Assembly: GCF_001462395.1 (NCBI RefSeq)
Contig: NZ_LNTB01000002.1
Coordinates: forward strand, 1 to 32,000
Direction: 5' to 3'
From: Pyrodictium occultum
GTDB lineage: Archaea > Thermoproteota > Thermoprotei_A > Sulfolobales > Pyrodictiaceae
Length of the DNA: 32,000 bases
Part shown: one piece after another, positions 23,240 through 30,785 of the stretch
Numbering within the stretch: the stretch's first letter is position 1
How the letters are laid out: every line of letters begins with the position of its first letter
The notes under the pieces: generated by a model
Databases searched by the model: none
What the model saw: only the letters and a program-made list of their open reading frames with translations
Told to the model about the DNA's origin: nothing
Translations under genes and position numbers: made by a program

Positions 23240-23494
23240 CTAGGCTCTCCTCGCAGCGGCCTCGACCGCCGCCTTCCTGGCCCTCTGCAGCCCCACCACG
23301 TAGAGGTAGATCAGCAGGAAGTCGGCGGCCAGCGATACCAGCACCATGCTGCCGGCGCCAACCTTCTGTATCCACGGGTAATGCGGCAGCACCGCCGCAG
23401 TCCACCATATAAGGGCGGCCGTCACAGTTATCCACAGGAACCAGGCAGGCGCTTGTATCAGCAAGTTGGTCCTGGCATCCCGCTTCCTCAGCAC
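23240..23494 (-). CDS. Small two-TM membrane protein, 84 aa
   Basis: Two clear hydrophobic helices (APAWFLWITVTAALIWWTAAVL and AGSMVLVSLAADFLLIYLYVVGL) with positively charged ends. An A5 run at 23194-23198 (T5 on the minus strand) follows it. Confidence 0.5.
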   Translation of the reverse strand: MLRKRDARTNLLIQAPAWFLWITVTAALIWWTAAVLPHYPWIQKVGAGSMVLVSLAADFLLIYLYVVGLQRARKAAVEAAARRA

Positions 23495-23606
23495 GGCGTA
23501 TACCCACAGCGCGCTGGTGAGCAGCGCCAGGGCCGCGCAGCAGAGCCTCGGACATATTACCGCCGGCGCCCGCGGCCCTAGGGACTTCCCGGCGGCGCCT
23601 GCAAGG

Positions 23607-24839
23607 GTGACCCCCGGGGTGCCTGAGAACAGCTACGTGGTGTACCTCCTCCAGCGCCTCATAGCCGTGCCCACGGTGAATCCTCCCGGCGAGCACTACG
23701 CGGAGATGGCCGGGCTTCTCCGCGAGGAGCTGGAGGCCCTGGGGCTCGAGACCCGGGTGGTCCGCGTCCCGGACGAGGTGGTGGAGAAGCATTACCCCTG
23801 GGCCAGGGGCTACCCCCGCTTCATAGTGCTGGCCAGGCTGGGCGAGGGCAGGCCTGTGCTGCACCTCAACGGCCACTACGACGTGGTGCCGCCGGGGCAG
23901 GGGTGGGCCAGGGACCCCTTCAACCCGGTGGTCGAGAACGGGAGGGTCTACGGCCGCGGCGCCACGGACATGAAGGGCGGGATAGCGGCTGTAATAGCAG
24001 CTATCCGGGGCCTCGTCGAGGAGGGCTGGAGGCCCCGGCGGGGCAGCATAGAGCTGAGCTTCACCCCCGACGAGGAGACCGGGGGAGAGACCGGCGTGAA
24101 ATACATGCTCGACGAGGGCCTGACGCTCCCGGACTACGCCCTGGTGGCTGAGCCGAGCACCACGTCGAGGATATGGATAGGCAGCCGGGGCGCGGTCTGG
24201 ATGAACGTCCACGTCTACGGCAGGCAGGCCCACGGCTCAACCCCCTGGCTCGGCCTCAACGCCTTCGAGGCAATGGTGGAGATAGCCTACAGGCTTATCC
24301 ATGGCTACAAGCCCAGGCTGGCGGAGAGGAGAACAGACCTGCCCATGGACGATCCCAGGGCGGCGCACCCGACGATCACGATCGGAGGGGAGATCGAGGG
24401 GGGAGCCAAGACCAATGTCGTGCCCGGCTACTACCGGTTCAGCATAGACCGCCGCCTCATACCCGGCGAGGACCCCGACGAGGTGGAGAGGGAACTACGG
24501 GACTTCATCATGGAGTCCGCGGCGCCGCTTCTCGAGAAGGGCTACCGGGTAGAGGTCGAGACCACGGGGAAGGCGCCGGCAACCTGGATACCCCCGGACA
24601 ACCCCTTCGTGGAGACCGTGGCGGAGGCTGTCCGGGAGGCGCTGGGCCTGGAGCCCCTCCGCACCATCTGCACTGGCGGCCTCGACACCAGGTACTTCCA
24701 GCAGCGCGGAATCCCCGCCGTGACCTACGGGCCCGGGGCCCCCGGGGCAGCGCACAAGCCGGACGAGTACGTGCCCCTGGAGGAGCTCGAGAACGCTGTG
24801 AAGGTGTACAGGGCCCTTATACGCAGAATACTGGGCTAG
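23607..24839 (+). CDS. M20-family metallopeptidase/deacylase (ArgE/DapE/CPG2-like), ~410 aa
   Basis: LHLNGHYDVVPPG, GRGATDMKGG and SFTPDEETGGETG are the M20 metal-ligand motifs. The track ORF starts at 23466 but overlaps the 84-aa gene, so GTG 23607 (or 23619) is preferred. Confidence 0.85.
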   Translation: MTPGVPENSYVVYLLQRLIAVPTVNPPGEHYAEMAGLLREELEALGLETRVVRVPDEVVEKHYPWARGYPRFIVLARLGEGRPVLHLNGHYDVVPPGQGWARDPFNPVVENGRVYGRGATDMKGGIAAVIAAIRGLVEEGWRPRRGSIELSFTPDEETGGETGVKYMLDEGLTLPDYALVAEPSTTSRIWIGSRGAVWMNVHVYGRQAHGSTPWLGLNAFEAMVEIAYRLIHGYKPRLAERRTDLPMDDPRAAHPTITIGGEIEGGAKTNVVPGYYRFSIDRRLIPGEDPDEVERELRDFIMESAAPLLEKGYRVEVETTGKAPATWIPPDNPFVETVAEAVREALGLEPLRTICTGGLDTRYFQQRGIPAVTYGPGAPGAAHKPDEYVPLEELENAVKVYRALIRRILG

Positions 24840-24848
24840 CAGGCCCCC

Positions 24849-24874
24849 GGGAAGGAGAAAAGGGAAGGAGAAAA
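24849..24874 (-). terminator. Perfect tandem duplication of a 13-mer (GGGAAGGAGAAAA x2), giving a T-rich pyrimidine tract on the minus strand downstream of the MMPL gene
   Basis: Read directly. On the minus strand it reads TTTTCTCCTTCCC twice (with a fifth T), starting 23 nt after the stop at 24898-24900. Confidence 0.4.
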
Positions 24875-24897
24875 AGCGGAGGCAGGGCCCCGCTGCC

Positions 24898-26904
24898 CTA
24901 GTGCTCTATCCTCTTCTTCATCCCCCACGGCCACCACGCGGCCCTGCCCAGCAGCGATATAGCCAGCGGCGTCAGCAGGTAGGACGCCATCAGCCCCGCC
25001 AGGAGCACCGTCGAGGCCAGCGTAAAGCCCATCTCCCTCATACCAGTGTTGCTTGCGGTCATCATCGAGGCGTAGGCGACTGTTACCACCAGCGAGAGGC
25101 CTATTATGAAGAGGCTCACCGCGCCCGCCGCCCTAGCCACCGACTTCTTGGGGTCGCAGCCGGTTAGGTGGCACTCCTCGAGCGCCCTCGCCAGGAAGAA
25201 GCTGTTATAGTCCATGCCTACGCCGAGCACAGCCATCATAGCCACTATGTTGAGGAACCATAGCACGGGCTTCCCGAGCAGGTCCTGGAAAAGCAGTATG
25301 CTCGCCGCTATCCCCATAACCGCGGCGCCTATTATCACCGTGAGCGCTACTACTGCAGCCACGAGGCTGCCGAACACCACTGTGAAGACTAGTATCATTA
25401 GCAGCGCCGCCGCGGGGAGGATGCGGTGGTAGTACAGCTTGTGGAGAAGCTCATCCATCTCCAGTACGCCGTAGGGCGCGCCGCCCACGTAGACGGTGAA
25501 GCCGTGGCTGCTGGCGTAGCTGTGGGCCACCCGGTGTATCTCCTCCACCGCTTCCTGGCCCTCCCGGCTGTAGGGGTCCACGCCGAGTATGACCTGGATA
25601 ACCGCCACCCTGCCGCCGCTGCTTGTGAGCCTCCTGCCGCCGCTGCGCGCTGCCTCCCCGATGCTGACCTTCACTCCGTGGGGCCTGGTGGGGGCTAGGA
25701 CCTTGTAGACGCCGGGCACCTCCGCTATCTTGTCCACCAGTCCATCCAGCATAGCAGCGGTAGAGTTGTCCTCCCACACGCTGTGGGGGAGCACCGCGGC
25801 CACGTAGACCGGGTCCGTTATGCCTGGGGCGAACTCCTCGCTTAGCACGTTGAACGCCTGGAGGGCTGGCGCGCTCTCCGGCAGCATCAGCTTCATGTCA
25901 TGGGTGCCCTTGAAGCTTACGTAGTAGTGGCCGGAAACGATTATCAGCAGGGCGAGGACCGCGAACAGGGGCGCCTCGTAGCGGGTCAGCAGCCTCATCA
26001 CCCTGCTCTCGCGTCCCACGCGCCTCTCCCTGCTCGGCCTCCTCGGCCACCAGAACCAGCGGCGGCCGCCGAGCAGTGCTAGGAGGGCAGGCACCAGGGT
26101 CAGGCTGGCGGCGGCGACGGTTACCGGTATATTCTCGCCCATTCTGCGTAGGAAGCCTACCTCCCAGCCTAGCAGCAGGCTGCCAAAGCCTATGATCACG
26201 GTGAGCGCGCTGGCAACTATGGCGGGGCCGGCACGCCTGAGAGCCCTCCTAGCCGCCTCCCGGGCGTCCTCGAGCTTAGCGTACTCCTCGCGGAACCGGT
26301 GCACCAGGTAGGCGGCGTAGTCCGCGCCCAGGCCCAGCGCCGTGGTTATCATCAGCGCGTGGGTCTGGGAGTCGAGGCTCACTATCCCGTGGCTGGCCGC
26401 CAGGTAGATGATGGCGCCGCCGACCAGGAGGCCCAGGAAGATGCCTACATAGGGCAGTATGACGGCGAACACGCTCTCCAGGATGACCAGCAGCACTATG
26501 AAGGTGCCGATCCCGCTGAACCTGCTAGTCTTCTCGACATCCTCCCTCGCATACTTCTTCACCTGGCTCAGGAGCAGGTCGCTTCCACTAACATATACCT
26601 TGCCATGGGCTATATGCATGCTGTCCAGCAGCTCCTCGACTAGCCTCCCGGCAGCCTCGGTGTTGCCCGCCCTCTCGTCCTGCGTAGAGCCCAGCGGCTC
26701 GCCCATCACGGTGAAGGCGTGGTGGTCCCCGGATACTAGGAGGCCCTCACTACTCCTCAGCAGCTTCGGGTACACGCTGCCGAGCAGCAGCCTCTCCGCC
26801 AGCAGGCGTGCCGCCCCCACCACGCTCGTCTCGTTCCTAGCCGCCTCAACCGCTAGCCTGGCCAGCTCGCCCGGCAGCCAGCTCGGAGGCTTCAGCCCAT
26901 CCAC
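24898..26904 (-). CDS. MMPL/RND-superfamily transporter, portion containing TM2-TM12 (668 aa from GTG; the frame is open further upstream)
   Basis: Two MMPL signature repeats, GLGADYAAYLVHRFREE and GVGMDYNSFFLARALEE. Eleven hydrophobic helices are arranged 5 + 1 + loop + 5. It lacks the family's first TM helix. Confidence 0.85.
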   Translation of the reverse strand: MDGLKPPSWLPGELARLAVEAARNETSVVGAARLLAERLLLGSVYPKLLRSSEGLLVSGDHHAFTVMGEPLGSTQDERAGNTEAAGRLVEELLDSMHIAHGKVYVSGSDLLLSQVKKYAREDVEKTSRFSGIGTFIVLLVILESVFAVILPYVGIFLGLLVGGAIIYLAASHGIVSLDSQTHALMITTALGLGADYAAYLVHRFREEYAKLEDAREAARRALRRAGPAIVASALTVIIGFGSLLLGWEVGFLRRMGENIPVTVAAASLTLVPALLALLGGRRWFWWPRRPSRERRVGRESRVMRLLTRYEAPLFAVLALLIIVSGHYYVSFKGTHDMKLMLPESAPALQAFNVLSEEFAPGITDPVYVAAVLPHSVWEDNSTAAMLDGLVDKIAEVPGVYKVLAPTRPHGVKVSIGEAARSGGRRLTSSGGRVAVIQVILGVDPYSREGQEAVEEIHRVAHSYASSHGFTVYVGGAPYGVLEMDELLHKLYYHRILPAAALLMILVFTVVFGSLVAAVVALTVIIGAAVMGIAASILLFQDLLGKPVLWFLNIVAMMAVLGVGMDYNSFFLARALEECHLTGCDPKKSVARAAGAVSLFIIGLSLVVTVAYASMMTASNTGMREMGFTLASTVLLAGLMASYLLTPLAISLLGRAAWWPWGMKKRIEH

Positions 26905-26981
26905 GCTGATCCTGCCTATGTTCTCCCTTACCCCTTTCTCCAGCAGCTCCTCGACCAGGCTCCACTTCCTCTCCGCGGGGA

Positions 26982-27305
26982 TCAGGGGCCCTCCCTGATC
27001 ACTGTGTCGAGCATCCCCTCCACGGTGCCCGTCATGTTCTCCGGGGTGCGGGCTAGCACCTGGCGGCGCAGCTCCCCGGCCACTATCCTCTTCAACGCCT
27101 CCCTGCTGTGGAGCATCTCCACCAGCTGCTCCGGGGTGAAGGGCAGCCGCTTGCCCTGCTTCTCGACCATCCAGGCCACGGCCTCGGCTGCAAGGGTCTC
27201 GTTGGACGCCAGCAGCCCCTGGGCCCCGGGGTCGTAGCGCCTGAGCGCCTCCACAACCAGCTGGGCCTTCTCGGCGCCCATTCGCCCCGCTGCCTGGCGC
27301 TCCAC
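26982..27305 (-). CDS. ORF fragment of 107 aa, interpreted as part of the MMPL extracellular loop
   Basis: No TM or signal sequence. Both Asn residues are in sequons (NET, NMT). It carries a copy of the DPGAQGLLAS motif. Adding one C to the CCCC run at ~26985-26988 fuses it to the 668-aa ORF (…TVIREGPLIPAERKWSLVEELLEKG…). Confidence 0.6.
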   Translation of the reverse strand: MERQAAGRMGAEKAQLVVEALRRYDPGAQGLLASNETLAAEAVAWMVEKQGKRLPFTPEQLVEMLHSREALKRIVAGELRRQVLARTPENMTGTVEGMLDTVIREGP

Positions 27306-27325
27306 AAGCTCCAGGGCCAGCTCTC

Positions 27326-28114
27326 TCAGCCGGCTAGGCCCCGCCTCGCCCCCGCAACCAGCCTGGCCAGCTCCTTGGGGCTCTTGGCCAGCAGCCCCCG
27401 GGCCTCGGGGTCAGCCTGGAGAACCAGGGGCACTAGGCCGCGGGCCTCAGCGGGGAGCCGCTGCTGGAGCAGCTCCGCCGCCAGCCTGGCTGCCTCCCTG
27501 CGGCCTCCATGCCCCCGGAGCAGCTTCTCCGCGGCCTCCACGGCCCCGGCTGGGGCGCCCAGCTGCTCCAGAAGCCTGGCCGCGGCCTCCATGCTCCTCT
27601 CCGGGCTAGCTGCCAGGGTGCCGTTGGCACCGGGGTCCTCCTCCACGAGGAGCCTTGCCAGTGTGCTGGTGGCGTTGCCGGGGAGCCTCATCCTGGCAGC
27701 GGCCCCGGCCGCCACCGCCTCAGCAGCGTCGAGGGGACGGAGCCTGCCCTCGACCGCTAGCCTTGCCAGCTTCTCGGCGGCGTCTCTCGGCAGGCCTTCC
27801 TCCTCCAGGCTCCCGGCTAGTATGCCCGTGGCGATCTCGTCGGCGTGGCTCGCCACGCTCTCGGCGGCCCGGCTGGCTGCCTCCTGGGCGAGCTGGAGCA
27901 GCCTGAGCTGGCTCTTCACGTGCATGGGCGGGGGCTGGAGGAGGAGCAGGGCCTCGCTAATGTTCATCCCCCTCTTCTCTCTGCTGAGCTCCTCGGCCCA
28001 GTGGCCCGCGAGGACGGGGAGCAGGCTGCGGAGCGTGCCCGGTGTCTGGTTGGCGAGGGCCTCCACTGCCGCCTTCAGCGCGGCCGTGTCGGGGTCGGCT
28101 CCCCCTCTAACCAT
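27326..28114 (-). CDS. ORF fragment of 262 aa, interpreted as part of the MMPL extracellular loop
   Basis: No TM or signal sequence; Ala/Leu/Glu-rich and helical. All 4 Asn are in sequons (NQT, NIS, NAT, NGT). It has two copies of the DP-x-A-x-G-x-LA-x-SP motif. Adding one G to the GGGGG run at ~27346-27350 fuses it to the 107-aa ORF frame. Confidence 0.6.
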   Translation of the reverse strand: MVRGGADPDTAALKAAVEALANQTPGTLRSLLPVLAGHWAEELSREKRGMNISEALLLLQPPPMHVKSQLRLLQLAQEAASRAAESVASHADEIATGILAGSLEEEGLPRDAAEKLARLAVEGRLRPLDAAEAVAAGAAARMRLPGNATSTLARLLVEEDPGANGTLAASPERSMEAAARLLEQLGAPAGAVEAAEKLLRGHGGRREAARLAAELLQQRLPAEARGLVPLVLQADPEARGLLAKSPKELARLVAGARRGLAG

Positions 28115-29120
28115 ATCTGGCTATCCCGCGCCAGGCCTGGATGGCCTCCTTCCTGGGGAGCGGGGCCAACCTCGGGCTCACCTGGGTGAGGTTGGCTACC
28201 CTGGCGTAGGCCTGGTAGCTGCCGTTGTAGAGCTCCAGGTAGTAGTAGGCCCTGCCCAGCTGCCACCACGTGTAGGCTATTAGCTGCATAGTCTGGTTAA
28301 CGGCCGTCCTATTGGAGAGGAGTAGTCTGAGCCTCGAGGCGCTCCGGGACAGGTTATGGTAGAGACTGCTGTACGCCTGGTCCAGCCCGGCCAGCCCCGT
28401 AGCGGTCCCGTTGAGCCTGGCCGCTACCTCTAGCAGGGAGTCTGTGGCGTTCTCAAGGGCGAGGTCTACCCGGGCGAGCCCCTCCATGGTCCGGTTTAGG
28501 GCTGCTGCGAGGCTCAACAGGCTCCTGTAGGCCTCTACATAACCTTTATCGGCCTCCATTAGCCCCCTTACGCTCTGGTTAAGCATTCTCACCTGCCTGC
28601 TAGCGTTCTCCAGCGCCGAGGCGTACGCCTGGTCCAGCTGCTCCAGCATCGCGTAGAGCCTCGCCGCGTTGCCGGCCGACATGTTGACCGCCTGGAGCAT
28701 CGCTTTGTACAGGGACTCGTTCACAGCGGCAAGCATTAGGGGGAGGCTACTGACACCCCTCATGTAGCTGCTTACGCTCTCGTTGAACCTTCTGCCCCAC
28801 TCCACAAGCTTCAGCACAGTCCCGTTATCGTCGAGGTTGACCCCGGTGACAACTATGACCCCGATGCCTCCATGACCGCTCAGAACCCTGCTCATGAGCT
28901 GCTCAGCCTGCCTGGTCTCGCTGCTCGGCGGGAGGCTGTACTGCTGCTCCTTAACCACGCTGCTCAGCCTGGCGAACAGAGGCGCCGCCGCCACGGCCAC
29001 GATTATCCAGATGGCTACAACCGCGAGGGGCCTCCTCGTTATCGCCTCAGCCAGACCCACACTACACACCCACGAGGTATCGGGGCCCGACACATCTCCG
29101 GGGGATAAATCGCTTTCCAT
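28107..29120 (-). CDS. MMPL N-terminal module: TM1 plus the start of a heavily sequon-decorated ectodomain, 337 aa
   Basis: LAEAITRRPLAVVAIWIIVAVAAAPLFARLSSVV is the typical MMPL N-terminus and TM1. The downstream helical region has 14 of 16 Asn in N-x-S/T. Its stop overlaps the next ATG (TATGGTTAG). Confidence 0.75.
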   Translation of the reverse strand: MESDLSPGDVSGPDTSWVCSVGLAEAITRRPLAVVAIWIIVAVAAAPLFARLSSVVKEQQYSLPPSSETRQAEQLMSRVLSGHGGIGVIVVTGVNLDDNGTVLKLVEWGRRFNESVSSYMRGVSSLPLMLAAVNESLYKAMLQAVNMSAGNAARLYAMLEQLDQAYASALENASRQVRMLNQSVRGLMEADKGYVEAYRSLLSLAAALNRTMEGLARVDLALENATDSLLEVAARLNGTATGLAGLDQAYSSLYHNLSRSASRLRLLLSNRTAVNQTMQLIAYTWWQLGRAYYYLELYNGSYQAYARVANLTQVSPRLAPLPRKEAIQAWRGIARYG

Positions 29121-29201
29121 AGACGCTCATAGCCGGGGCCCCGCCCTATCTAGATTAGAGCAGGGGAGCCCCTGCAAGAGTGGAGGGGTGCAGCAAGTAG
29201 G

Positions 29202-29669
29202 ATGGCCAGCCAGGCTCTGGAGATGAGGGCGCGCTACATGGTGTTGCTCCTCCTCGCCGAGGGGCCGAAGACGGGGTACGAGCTGATAAAGAGGATAAGG
29301 AGCGCCCTGGGGGAGGTTGGTGCAGCCGCCAGCCCCGGCACCGTGTACCCGGTGCTCCGCAGCCTGGAGGAGGAGGGCTTCATAGAGGCGAGCGAGGAGC
29401 CCCATGGGGCCAGGCAGAGGAAGGTCTACAGGATAACGAGGAGAGGCCTCGAGCAGCTCCTACGCATGGTCAACCGGGGCCTCCACGTGATAGAGGCGGC
29501 GATAAGGCTCCACATAGACGCCGCCCGGGGCCTAGCCCGGGTCGAGCCGGGCGGGGAGCTGCGGCCGCTCCTAGAGGAGACCGTCGAGAGGCTTGAGAGG
29601 ATAGAGGAGCTCACCGAGAGCCTCATAGAGGCCCTCCGCGGCATCCTGGCCGCTGTGCCTACAGCCTAG
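29202..29669 (+). CDS. PadR-family transcriptional regulator, 155 aa
   Basis: MVLLLLAEGPKTGYELIKRI...GTVYPVLRSLEEEGFIEA...RKVYRITRRGLEQL is the PadR winged-HTH pattern. It is divergent from the MMPL locus. The 8-bp palindrome ATCTAGAT (29149-29156) lies in the shared spacer. Confidence 0.85.
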   Translation: MASQALEMRARYMVLLLLAEGPKTGYELIKRIRSALGEVGAAASPGTVYPVLRSLEEEGFIEASEEPHGARQRKVYRITRRGLEQLLRMVNRGLHVIEAAIRLHIDAARGLARVEPGGELRPLLEETVERLERIEELTESLIEALRGILAAVPTA

Positions 29670-29716
29670 GCCCCGGGGCGCCCCCAGGGAAGGGCGTGCA
29701 TGGAGGCGCAGCCTCA

Positions 29717-30166
29717 TTGCACGAGATGAGTATAGCCCTGGGCATACTCGCGGCGGTCGAGGACGCGTTCCGCAGCACACCCGGGGCGAAGCGGGTGACC
29801 AGGATAAGGCTCCGGGTCGGCGTGCTCAGCCTCATAGACGTCGAGGCCCTCCGCTTCGCGCTCCGCGTAGCCTCCCGCGGCACCCCCGCCGAGGACGCGG
29901 AGATAGAGGTGGAGATGGCTGAGCCCCGGTTCCGCTGCAGGGTCTGCGGCTACGAGTGGAAGCCGAGCAGGGAGGAGACGGAGAGGCTCACGGGCAACCC
30001 AGAGATAAGCACCCTGGTCCACATAGACCCCGACGTCCTGCCCCGGTTCCTCCAGTGCCCCCGCTGCGGGGCCAGGGACGTGGAGGTGGTCCAGGGCACC
30101 GGTGTAATGCTCCACAGCGTCGACATAGAGACCGGGGAGGACGAGGAGCGCGGGGTACAGCTGTAA
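29717..30166 (+). CDS. hypA: Hydrogenase nickel-insertion/maturation factor HypA, ~149 aa
   Basis: TTG 29717 gives the canonical N-terminus M-H-E-M-S-I (the Ni-binding MHE motif). The CRVCG ... CPRCG zinc site has the long archaeal-type spacer. The track ORF starts at 29696. Confidence 0.85.
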   Translation: MHEMSIALGILAAVEDAFRSTPGAKRVTRIRLRVGVLSLIDVEALRFALRVASRGTPAEDAEIEVEMAEPRFRCRVCGYEWKPSREETERLTGNPEISTLVHIDPDVLPRFLQCPRCGARDVEVVQGTGVMLHSVDIETGEDEERGVQL

Positions 30167-30229
30167 TACGGGTTGCGCCCACCGCGACGGGGAGAGCAGC
30201 TTACCCACGCCCAGAGCACAGGCTGGACC

Positions 30230-30508
30230 ATGGAAGGCCTGGAGAAGAGGCGGGCCACAGTCATGAGGACGTCCTCCCGCCCGAGAAGCCGCGCAGGTAA
30301 ACCCACACCCTGGGAGCGCATGGTGGAGGCGGCTGCGGAGAAGCTCCACGCCTCCACCAGGGTCGAGCTGGAGGAGATAGAGCAGAGTATAATAAGCCAT
30401 GGGCCCGGGGCTGAGGCCCCTGCCGCACCCTGGACGCGGGACAGGAGAAGGCGGAGGAGAAGGAGGCTCATCGACGCCGTCCGGGCAGCGGTCCGGCTAG
30501 GCCACTAG
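30230..30508 (+). CDS. Hypothetical small basic protein, ~92 aa (the track ORF starts at 30173)
   Basis: Codon usage (AGG, ATA, GAG, AAG) resembles the neighbouring genes. It has a helical E-rich centre and an R-rich tail (RDRRRRRRRRL). No family recognised. The antisense ORFs here are shadow frames. Confidence 0.35.
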   Translation: MEGLEKRRATVMRTSSRPRSRAGKPTPWERMVEAAAEKLHASTRVELEEIEQSIISHGPGAEAPAAPWTRDRRRRRRRRLIDAVRAAVRLGH

Positions 30509-30785
30509 GAGGCCGCGCCGAAGCTGCGGGGCTCAGCACGGAGCACGGGCTCCCCATCCCCGGCCGTCGGCCCCAATCGCCCTCCTCACAGCCCCGCGGG
30601 GGTGGCCGCCTCAAGCCTCATTAACGCGGCGGCCCCGGGCCGCCACCGCCCCTGGGGCGGCGCCAGGGGCTGTGAATGGACGCCTGGGCCTTAGCTCTTC
30701 CACGGGGTGCTGAGCCTGTGCAACAACGAGCCCCTCGCGCCGCCCGCCGGCACGCCTCTAGCGGCTGGGAGCGGGGAGCACCTGC

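Noticed and set aside
23163-24233. 356-aa minus-strand ORF, and the 242-aa plus-strand ORF at 24173-24901
   Set aside because: These are antisense or alternative frames of the M20 peptidase, which has all metal-binding motifs. Their composition is R/G/P/H-rich.
28107-28114. Possible programmed +1 frameshift at GGT-TAG-A joining the 337-aa and 262-aa ORFs
   Set aside because: A +1 slip at this stop would put the ribosome in the 262-aa frame. However, GGT to GTT re-pairing is poor, there is no known archaeal precedent that I can cite, and a simple stop/start overlap or an assembly error explains it equally well. It is kept only as an alternative within the MMPL finding.
27108-28283. 391-aa plus-strand ORF antisense to the MMPL ectodomain ORFs
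   Set aside because: It is extremely S/A/L/R/P-rich with no motifs. It mirrors the Ala/Leu/Glu-rich coding strand, so it is the classic antisense image of GCN/CTN/GAG-rich coding sequence.
29714-30471. 228-aa and 173-aa minus-strand ORFs opposite hypA and the small basic ORF
   Set aside because: hypA is unambiguous (MHEMS N-terminus and two CxxC pairs). The antisense frames are low-complexity.
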